Origin: Spirochaetia bacterium
GTDB lineage: Bacteria > Spirochaetota > Spirochaetia > SZUA-6 > Bin103
Direction of reading: 5' to 3'
NCBI GenBank assembly: GCA_965203905.1
Contig: CBDBDQ010000005.1
Span: 3,712,001-3,776,000, forward strand
Length of the DNA: 64,000 nucleotides
This document shows, one piece after another, positions 37,735 through 45,337 of this stretch. The position numbers and the translations under genes are program-made. A model generated the notes under the pieces. It did not search any database and was not told the origin of the DNA. It worked only from the letters and a program-made list of their open reading frames with translations. The stretch's first letter is position 1. Every line of letters begins with the position of its first letter.

Positions 37735-39336
37735 TCACGTGGCCCCGTCTGGCGACGGCCCGTCCTCCCGATGCCGGAAGCGGTGGTGAGCAGAACAACG
37801 AAGCCTGAGATTACCCGGCTCAGCGCTGCCGCCGAGCGCAAAGGGAACGATGTGGTCGAGCTCCAGCAGAAAGCGAGACCCGCAGCGCCGCCCGCTGTGC
37901 GGATCGACGTAACTGCAACAGCCGCCGTCGCGGCGCCACACCCCGCGCCGGACTGGTGCCGGAGTGTAGCGGGATCGACGCGCCCGGTGGGACGGCTGCG
38001 CGCTGCCTGCGGACGGGCCGGCTGCCGCCGCCTGCCGCCGCGAACGGCCATCGAGTTGCGCTCCTGCCCGCTTTGCCGCCCCTGCCCGCTTCGCCGTCCC
38101 TACCCGCTTCGCTGGCGAAGGAGCGTGGCGACCGCGATCCGCCGCTTCCCGCGGGGTCGGCAAGCTCCAGTCTGCCGGCGGCATCGGTACGGCGCGGGAC
38201 CCGCAACCAGCCACCAACTTCGCCGCCGGAGGCGCGGTGCCGGGCGCCGCCACCGCTGGCTTGGCACTCACCGGGGTGCCGCTGCCGCAAGTCTCGCGCC
38301 CCGCCGGCGGCGCGGACAGCGCTGCCACCGCCGAGGTGCCGGCGCCGCCAATCCCGCGCGCGGGTTCCGCTGCGGACAGCGCTGCCGGCGCCGTGGTGCT
38401 GCCACCGGCGCTCGTGCCCTCCGGCGGCGTCGCCACTCCGGGTTGCTCTTGCGCGCCCGACTTCGCTGGCGAAGTCGCCCCGCCCGCCGGCCCTTGCAGC
38501 GCCTTCGGCTCCGGGGCCTGGCCCGTCCTTGCCTCCCGGCGCCCACCTCTGCGCCCGCGCGGCGGCCGCCCCGGGTCGTAGCGCTGCAGGCCGTCCTGCA
38601 CCAGCCGCTCCACGAGTTGCCCCAGCGTCAGGTGCGGGTCCACGTGCGACAGCAGTGCCCGTAGCTGCTCGATCCCGCGCTGACAGGCAGAGTCGATCAC
38701 CACCTTCAGCTCCCAGCGGCCCTCGCCCAGCGCCCGCATGCGATCGGCCGGCCGCGCCAGCTCGGGAGCCACCGCGGCCAACAACTGCTTCACCTCGCGG
38801 GTGCTCTTGCCGCTCGCCTGCGCCACCAGCTCCTGCCGCTGCGCCGCGTCCAGCGCCGGCACCGGTCGCGCCGCCGCCGCTGCCCCGGCCCCCAAAGCCC
38901 CCGCCTCCGGCGCCGGCCCCGTGGCGCCCGGCAGCAGCTCCGGTGCCGCGGGTGCCGCGCCGGGGTCCGCGGCGGCGGTGGCCGTGCGCTGCAGGAGATC
39001 GAAGGTGTTCTGCAACTGCGCCGCCGCGCTCAGGGAGAGCGAGCCGTCCTGCAGCCGCTCGCGGGTCCCGGCGGTATCGGAGCACAGGCGCATGGCTTTG
39101 ATACGGCGCCAGGCGGCACCCTCGCTATAGCCCAGCTCGCGCACGGCGTAGTCGAACAGGCTGGAGAACCCGAGGCGCAGGTGGAGGTGGCGGGCGTGGA
39201 TCTCGCGCAGGTGGTCGAGGACGGCGAGCTGCAGTGCCTGCTCGTGCAGGACGAGGGACCTGGTGTGCGCCAGCAGCACCTGGTCGGGGAGCCCGGAGAG
39301 CGAGGAGGAGAAGCCGGGAGCGATCGCGGAAGCCAT
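37735..39336 (-). CDS. HNH endonuclease with DUF222-like N-terminus and Ala/Pro-rich linkers
   Basis: N-terminal HLREI...GFSSLFDY...LGYSEGAAWRRI; C-terminal VWRRDGGCCSY..RC..LELDHIVPFALGG...NLRLRCSAHH. Confidence 0.85.
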   Translation of the reverse strand: MASAIAPGFSSSLSGLPDQVLLAHTRSLVLHEQALQLAVLDHLREIHARHLHLRLGFSSLFDYAVRELGYSEGAAWRRIKAMRLCSDTAGTRERLQDGSLSLSAAAQLQNTFDLLQRTATAAADPGAAPAAPELLPGATGPAPEAGALGAGAAAAARPVPALDAAQRQELVAQASGKSTREVKQLLAAVAPELARPADRMRALGEGRWELKVVIDSACQRGIEQLRALLSHVDPHLTLGQLVERLVQDGLQRYDPGRPPRGRRGGRREARTGQAPEPKALQGPAGGATSPAKSGAQEQPGVATPPEGTSAGGSTTAPAALSAAEPARGIGGAGTSAVAALSAPPAGRETCGSGTPVSAKPAVAAPGTAPPAAKLVAGCGSRAVPMPPADWSLPTPREAADRGRHAPSPAKRVGTAKRAGAAKRAGAQLDGRSRRQAAAAGPSAGSAQPSHRARRSRYTPAPVRRGVWRRDGGCCSYVDPHSGRRCGSRFLLELDHIVPFALGGSAEPGNLRLRCSAHHRFRHREDGPSPDGAT

Positions 39337-39835
39337 GGCGTAAATATGAGCATGGCTGAGAAATGTCCGATGAGGGCAAGTCCCGGGACCGCCACCAGGG
39401 AGGGCTCAGGCCGGCGCTGGCGAGGTGCTGACGGGCCTGGAGGGCGTGGCGGGATGTTCGAAGGGTCGTAGGGGCCGGCACGTGCGGCAGGTGGCCGTCA
39501 CGAGCGGCGCCAAACCCGTCAAGTGCCCAGCGCACTTTTTTGGCACCTATTCGCAGAACCTGCACCGCGGCGCGATGTGGCAGCAGCGCAGCGGCGGAGA
39601 ATGGCGTTGCGGGTGGGCGGCAACCCACTCTTTCCTGGACTCTTCGTACAGCGAACGAACGCCTGAATGCCGCGAACTAGCAGGCACCGGCGCCAGCCAT
39701 CACCGCCGCTCGGCACTACGCTCCAGAACATTCTTGCCCACACGGGATGCGGACGGTGTTCAGCATGGGATGATCCTGGGACCAGCGCGGCGCGGCTCTG
39801 CAGCACCGGCACGTGCCGTGTGATAACCTGCGAAC

Positions 39836-40396
39836 ATGATTCAACAGCAACACCTCGACCTCCTGCTGGAGCTGAACGCCGACAAGAATCCTCACTCCGG
39901 CGGAGCCCTGCTGGAGCACCTGCGGGGCACCCATGATCTCCTGCACGCCTGGGGTAACGATCAGGCCGTCTGTGTCGGCGGGCTGTTTCACAGCATCTAC
40001 GGGACGCAGGCATACCACACACGGTCCGCTTCGCTGGAGGACCGGCAACGCATTCGCGTGGTGATCGGCGCGCGCGCCGAACGATTGGCCTTCCTGTTCT
40101 GCGTGTCGAACCGAGGGGAGTTCTACGGAGCGCTCGACCAGGACGACGCGGCGCTCTGGAACAGCGTCCATGAGGAGACCGTGCCGGTCACCCAGGACGA
40201 GCTGCGCGACCTCATCGAGATGGAAATGGCCAACTTCGTGGAATTCATGCCGAGGTTGGCATTCACGAACGAGGAGCTGGTCGCATTCGACGCCAACGTC
40301 GAACGTACCAGTGCCCTCATCACCGAGCGCGCGTATGCTGCCGCCAAGGCCGCCATCAAGGCGAAGCGCGGCAGCAATTCGTGCTCCGATCTCTGA
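39836..40396 (+). CDS. DUF6817-like (HD-related) protein
   Basis: PHSGGALLEHLRGTHDLL..W...GLFHSIYGT, IGARAERLAFLFC. Confidence 0.7.
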   Translation: MIQQQHLDLLLELNADKNPHSGGALLEHLRGTHDLLHAWGNDQAVCVGGLFHSIYGTQAYHTRSASLEDRQRIRVVIGARAERLAFLFCVSNRGEFYGALDQDDAALWNSVHEETVPVTQDELRDLIEMEMANFVEFMPRLAFTNEELVAFDANVERTSALITERAYAAAKAAIKAKRGSNSCSDL

Positions 40397-40513
40397 CCGA
40401 GCGATAGACCTCGACTCGTCTCGCAGTACACCATCGGCGGGTAGGCGTCCCCTAACCTAACGCCCCGCCAAGCCGCGGCGTGGCGTAACGTGGCGCATCA
40501 TCGAGAGGGGATG

Positions 40514-40858
40514 CTACGTTCCGACGCTGAGCCTTCCCTGGTGCTGAAAGCGGGGTTCTCGAATGACGATTTCCACGTCCCGACCCAGTGCGGTCAACAG
40601 GCACAGGAGGCGCTCCACCGAATACTCGCGAAAGCTTCCCCTCAGAAGACGCGAGACGTCAGGTTGAGACAATCCCAGGACCTTCGCGGCCTGGACCTGT
40701 TTGAGACCGCGTTGGCGAATTATCTTGTCGATGCGAGTGACAAGCTCTGCCTTCAGCAGGTGAGCGTCGGCGTCAGGGCGCCCCAGGTCCGCGAACACGT
40801 TCCCGCTGCCACGCTCGATCCTGATTTCATCCGCCTCCACTGATCTCCTCCTCGCCAT
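40514..40858 (-). CDS. XRE/HTH antitoxin (HigA-like)
   Basis: GSGNVFADLG, LKQVQAAKVLGLSQPDVSRL; alternative start GTG 40840. Confidence 0.88.
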   Translation of the reverse strand: MARRRSVEADEIRIERGSGNVFADLGRPDADAHLLKAELVTRIDKIIRQRGLKQVQAAKVLGLSQPDVSRLLRGSFREYSVERLLCLLTALGRDVEIVIREPRFQHQGRLSVGT

Positions 40859-40910
40859 AGGTCTTCGCGTAGTGTCGTTCGGCAGCCTTCAGCATCTGTC
40901 TGATCAGACG
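40827..40910 (-). pseudogene. C-terminal remnant of a HigB/RelE (Gp49-like) toxin
   Basis: RLIRQMLKAAERHYAKTYGEEEISGGG* overlaps the HigA start, as expected for the cognate toxin end. Confidence 0.55.
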
Positions 40911-40919
40911 GCCCGGTCC

Positions 40920-41236
40920 TCACTCGGCCCCTGCTGAGGGCAGGTCCATGCGGTCGTGGAGCACACGGAGCACGTCTATGAGCAGCGGGTCCGTGTTCGA
41001 GGAGATGCGGTACAGCAGAATGTGCCTGCCACGTCGACCACGGCGCGCCACGTGAAGTATCCGGATCCGGGGACATCGGGGCCTTCGGTCAGCTCTTCGA
41101 TGGCGCTTTGCAGGGTTTCAGCGTACCGCCGTGCCTGTTGCATTCCAAAATGCTCGGCCGTCCAGCGCAGGATGTTCCGGTAGTCGGCTTCAGCGGAAGC
41201 CGCGAGGCGAACCCGCCAGCGGCGACCATCGTTCAC
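40920..41236 (-). pseudogene. parE: ParE-family toxin, frameshifted by deletion
   Basis: WRVRLAASAEADYRNILRWTAEHFG..., then after ccggatccggat (about 41060-41070) another frame gives LHVARRGRRGRHILLYRI...VLRVLHDRMDLP. Confidence 0.8.
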
Positions 41237-41535
41237 CCGCCGCCGCTGGCAGAGTCACGATCTGCTACCGCCTCTGCAGCCAAACCTCTGAGGTGATCGC
41301 GTAGCGGTTCAAGTGCCTCGAAACTTCGAAAGTCCCCTGCGTCGATGTCGGCGATGCCGGCGGCAGCGGCCTCGCGCAGCGCACGGAGACGCGCCTCGTG
41401 CTCGGCTTCCTGGCGCTCGACGAGCCTGATGCCCTCGCGCAAGACCTCGCTGGCATTCTGGTAACGGCCTGAGACAACCAGTCGCTCGACGAGTCGGGCT
41501 TGATGAACGGTCAGGACAACATTGCGCGTCGGCAT
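41233..41535 (-). CDS. parD: ParD-family antitoxin
   Basis: MPTRNVVLT...SGRYQNASEVLREG. Confidence 0.9.
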   Translation of the reverse strand: MPTRNVVLTVHQARLVERLVVSGRYQNASEVLREGIRLVERQEAEHEARLRALREAAAAGIADIDAGDFRSFEALEPLRDHLRGLAAEAVADRDSASGGG

Positions 41536-41553
41536 GATCTACTGTGGTCCCTA

Positions 41554-41568
41554 TGGCATAGTATGCCA
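41554..41568. promoter_or_regulatory. Putative parDE operator
   Basis: Palindrome TGGCATA-G-TATGCCA about 20 bp upstream of parD. Confidence 0.55.
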
Positions 41569-41640
41569 ATGTTCCCTCGTAACGCAAGGACTGCCGGGGA
41601 GCAGCGCCGCTCACCGGGCTGCCCCTCCCGGGCAGCCACT

Positions 41641-42045
41641 ACGAACGTGATCTCCGAGTTGCGCAAGCTCGGCGATGGCAAGGCCGACGTGCGTGTCGCT
41701 GCATGGGTCGCGGGCCGGGACGCCGCGAGCTTCTATATCCCCACGCTGACGTTGATGGAGCTGGAGACAGGCATCCTGCGCATCGAACGGCGCGACCCCG
41801 GGCAAGGGAAGCGGCTGAGGACCTGGATGGTCCGGGTGCTGCCCGAGTTCGTGGAGCGCACGCTGCCCGTCGACTCTGCCGTGGCCCTGAAGTGCGCGCG
41901 ACTCCATTTGCCGCACCCGCGCGCCGAACAGGACGCGCTGATCGCGGCCACCGCCATCGTGCACGGGATGACGGTGGTCACGCGGAACGTGGCCGACTTC
42001 GAGGCGACAGGTGCGGCACTCATCGACCCGTGGGCCGGAGCATGA
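41641..42045 (+). pseudogene. 5'-truncated vapC paralog of 44526-44948
   Basis: Near-identical DNA from acgaacgtgatctcc onward; lacks MFLLD (first catalytic Asp) and has a 6-bp deletion. Confidence 0.8.
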
Positions 42046-42106
42046 CGCCGGTCGTGAGCGCCACAATCTGAATGCGCGACGGGCTCCGGCCATATGGTCC
42101 CTCTAC

Positions 42107-42230
42107 AACGTTCGACTGTCGGAAATCGCTGATATCGGAACGGGGATGTCAGTCAGTAGGTCGCGCAATCTGGCTGACCCGATTGAGGTGCCGTACTTGA
42201 GTGTAGCCAATGTGCAACGCGGAAGGCGGC
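42107..42230 (+). pseudogene. Fragment of a type I RM specificity subunit TRD
   Basis: VRLSEIADIGTGMSVSRSRNLADPIEVPYLSVANVQRG is a TRD N-terminal pattern and does not match the resident hsdS. Confidence 0.6.
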
Positions 42231-42877
42231 GTCCCTGGCCGCCACGGTACCGTTCGACGACCGCTACCAGCAGGCAATAACGCTGGATTCACTGTCGCCA
42301 CGTCTGATTGAACGATTCCTTCGCGACGTAGGAAGTGACCTCGCGTTGGACACAGAGCTCTCGACGGAGGCCCTGGGGCGCCGTATGAATATCGTCGGAG
42401 AACGGCTCACCGGCTCCGGTCTTCGAGAGCGACGACGACCGGACTTGGTTCCTGGTACGCCTTCCGGTTCATAGAGCCGCACACAGCGCTCCGACCGCAC
42501 AACGTACCGAACAAGACGACGAACAAGATAGCGGGCAAGCGACCGAACATGAGACCGTACAAGCCACCGAACATGACGCCCAGCAAGTCACCGAGCATGT
42601 TGAGCGCTTGGTCGGAGCCCTCGAGAGAGAGATGCGTCGTGCCGAATTGCAGGCTGTGCTGAGACTTACGCACCGTCCCCACTTCATCACTTCGTATCTC
42701 CGCCCGGCCCTCGAAGCCGGGCTGATTGAGATGACACTGCCCGAAAAACCAACGAGCAGGCATCAGCGTTATCGGCGCACTGCGGCCGGCGAGACTCTGG
42801 CACAGCACGCCACAGGCAAGGACTCCTCTCCATGAACACCGCCCCCATCGTCTCGAGAGTCTGGAGCTTTTGCACCA
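42231..42877 (+). pseudogene. Fragments of the AlbA/ATP-binding gene plus the first codons of hsdM (deleted duplicate)
   Basis: 42231-42398 matches 50152-50319; 42399-42877 matches 50853-51331. Confidence 0.85.
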
Positions 42878-43159
42878 ACGAGTGCAGGCGTGGCGAATTT
42901 AGCGGAGCGAGCGGCGGTGGGGAAACGGCGTTGACGGGCACTCTTCGGATGTCACGGAGAGGGTCCTGGAACCGAGGGACGGGAGATGGTCATTGATCCC
43001 ACCACGGGTATGATAGTTTCGGCGCCGCAGCACGGAGGCCCGCTGATGCGGTCGCGGGTCGCCATGTTCCGTCGCGCCGATGGGAGCGGCGAACGGCTAT
43101 GGCGTCGCGCCGTTGCATGGGACAATAGGCAGTCGAAGCGGTAGCGAGGAGGCGTTGCG

Positions 43160-43696
43160 ATGGCCGAACAGGAGTTCACCGAGTTCGTGAAGAGAAAGAC
43201 TGCGCAGGTGCAGGACGAAGTGGACTGGGCCAAGCGGCGAGCCGACTGGCTCCAAGAACTTGACGAGCTGTATGCGCGCATGGAAGGCCATCTCAGGCCG
43301 TATACGAAAGCACAGGAGATCCAGATCGAACGCACGCGGATACAACTGAGAGAAGACCATCTGGGGAGCTACGACGCGGACAAGCTCACGTTCAAGATCG
43401 GTCGCGAGAAGATCGTGGCGAGGCCCATCGGGACATTGCTCATCGGCGCGAGAGGCCGGGTGGACCTGTCGGGCCCGCGGAAGACCCTGAAGATCGTGCT
43501 GCTTGCCACCGGTGGGCCGGTTCTCCCTACCAAGGTCGAACATGGCGCCGTCACTGAGGAATCCACCCGCTCCATGGTACGGGGCGACGTCGATGAAGCG
43601 GGCTGGTACATCGAGACTCCGCCTCCGGACAGCGTCGTTGTCGCGTTCGGCGAGGACTCGTTCCGGGACGCGATCATGGAAGTCTCGGGTGGCTAG
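43160..43696 (+). CDS. Hypothetical protein (alpha/beta), partner of the HEPN-like gene
   Basis: GAGGAGG RBS; VDWAKRRADWL...LGSY...PIGTLLIGARGRVDL; stop overlaps the next start. Confidence 0.8.
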   Translation: MAEQEFTEFVKRKTAQVQDEVDWAKRRADWLQELDELYARMEGHLRPYTKAQEIQIERTRIQLREDHLGSYDADKLTFKIGREKIVARPIGTLLIGARGRVDLSGPRKTLKIVLLATGGPVLPTKVEHGAVTEESTRSMVRGDVDEAGWYIETPPPDSVVVAFGEDSFRDAIMEVSGG

Positions 43697-44252
43697 ACGG
43701 GTATCGTTGTCGGGAGCGCATCTCGCAGCGAACCAGGTGGCCGAACATCACGCGGTGGTCGAAGAGGCCATCCACCTGTACTACGCTGCGGCGAGCCCCG
43801 GCTTCGAGACGAGATTCGCTTTCTACACGGAGGACGAAGTCTTAGCGGAGCGGGACGAGCGGCTGTACGAGGCGGGCGCGGCGTCGGCGATGATGGTGCT
43901 GGCCTCGATCGAGGCTGCGTTCCGGGTCGACTATCTCCGACGCTGCTATGCGAAGCACAGGGACCGGTTGTCGCGGACGCTCCGCGAGCTGTACCAGGAC
44001 AAGGGTGCAAGGGTTTCGCTTTCGGACGATCTGCTCGACGTGTGGAAGAACCACGGCTCCGTGCCAGCGAGGCTGGTTGGCGACATCCGCAGCGCGTTCG
44101 GCTATCGGGACTGGCTGGCCCACGGACGCTACTGGGTTCCGAAGCTCGGCCGCCAGTACGACTTCGCGAGCGTGTACAACCTGGCGCGGGAAGTCGAGGC
44201 GGCGCTCTCGTCTCGGCGGGCGACGAACACGCCGGAAACGACGGAGAGGTAG
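43689..44252 (+). CDS. Helical hypothetical protein with HEPN-like RxxxxH motif
   Basis: GTG 43689; LASIEAAFRVDY and C-terminal YRDWLAHGRYW. Confidence 0.7.
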   Translation: MARRVSLSGAHLAANQVAEHHAVVEEAIHLYYAAASPGFETRFAFYTEDEVLAERDERLYEAGAASAMMVLASIEAAFRVDYLRRCYAKHRDRLSRTLRELYQDKGARVSLSDDLLDVWKNHGSVPARLVGDIRSAFGYRDWLAHGRYWVPKLGRQYDFASVYNLAREVEAALSSRRATNTPETTER

Positions 44253-44349
44253 GATGCGGCTGATCAGGGGCGGCTCGCTCAACCGAGTCTCCCCCTGGAA
44301 TGCTCTCGTTTGGCCCGGCTGGTTCGTTCTGTCGAAGTGCCCTCCACCA

Positions 44350-44526
44350 TTGGCCATCACCGACCGTGGCAAGCCCGCGCACGTGCTGCTCAGCATCGAG
44401 GACTACCGGCGTCTTGCGGGACAAGGCCGCAGCTTGGCGGAGGCACTGTCCATGCCGGGTCTGGCTGATATCGACTTCGATCCCCCGGGCGTCCGCATCG
44501 AAGCCCCTCCGCCCGATCTCTCCTGA
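44350..44526 (+). pseudogene. Phd/YefM antitoxin lacking its N-terminus
   Basis: ITDRGKPAHVLLSIEDYRRL..SLAEALSMPG is the Phd C-terminal half; possible TTG start at 44350. Confidence 0.7.
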
Positions 44527-44948
44527 TGTTCCTGCTCGATACGAACGTGATCTCCGAGTTGCGCAAGCTCGGCGATGGCAAGGCCGACGTGCGTGTCGCC
44601 GCATGGGTCTCGGGCCGGGACGCAGCGAGCTTCTATATCTCCGCGCTGACCCTGATGGAGTTGGAGATAGGCATCCTGCGCATCGAACGGCGCGACGCCG
44701 GGCAAGGGGAGCGACTGAGGGCCTGGATCGACCGGCACGTGCTGCCCGAGTTCATAGGGCGCACGCTGCCGGTCGACTCTGCCGTGGCCCTGAAGTGCGC
44801 GCGACTCCATGTGCCGGACCCGCGGGCCGAGCGGGACGCGCTGATCGCGGCCACCGCCATTGTGCACGGGATGACGGTGGTCACGCGGAACGTGGCCGAC
44901 TTCGAGACGACAGGTGCGGCAGTCGTCGATCCGTGGGCCGGAGCATGA
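44526..44948 (+). CDS. vapC: VapC PIN-domain toxin
   Basis: MFLLDTNVISELRK, LMELEIG, DALIAATA, VTRNVADF. Confidence 0.92.
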   Translation: MFLLDTNVISELRKLGDGKADVRVAAWVSGRDAASFYISALTLMELEIGILRIERRDAGQGERLRAWIDRHVLPEFIGRTLPVDSAVALKCARLHVPDPRAERDALIAATAIVHGMTVVTRNVADFETTGAAVVDPWAGA

Positions 44949-45101
44949 CGCCGGTCGTGAGTGCCGCAATCTGAATGCGGCGACGGGCTCCGGCGATATG
45001 GTCCCTCTACGCCACAGTCTCCACTGCCGTTCCGGACGCGCGACGTGATAGGATGGCCATACGGCGTCAGCGGCCGGTTTGCGCCAACTTCGGAGGGCCG
45101 G

Positions 45102-45305
45102 GTGGAGATTGCGTCACGTAGCTTCGTCGTAGACGAGAATGGGAAAAGGACCGCTGTAGGAATGCCGATCGAGGAATACGAGCGGCTATTGGAAGACTTG
45201 GAGGATCTGGCGCTAATCGCTCAACGACGAAACGAGCCAACGGAGTCGCTCGCCACGGTGCCGGAGCGACTGGAAAGGAAGTGGCAGGGAGAACCGTCGA
45301 GGTAA
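45102..45305 (+). CDS. Small antitoxin-like protein (RelB/Phd-like)
   Basis: GGAGG RBS; FVVDENGKRTAVGMPIEEYERLLEDLEDLA. Confidence 0.65.
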   Translation: MEIASRSFVVDENGKRTAVGMPIEEYERLLEDLEDLALIAQRRNEPTESLATVPERLERKWQGEPSR

Positions 45306-45337
45306 CTCGGTCGGCCAACAACACCCTGCAACGATGA
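45281..45337 (+). pseudogene. N-terminal stub of a RelE-like toxin
   Basis: VAGRTVEVTRSANNTLQR* overlaps the antitoxin end and stops at the hsdR start. Confidence 0.4.
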
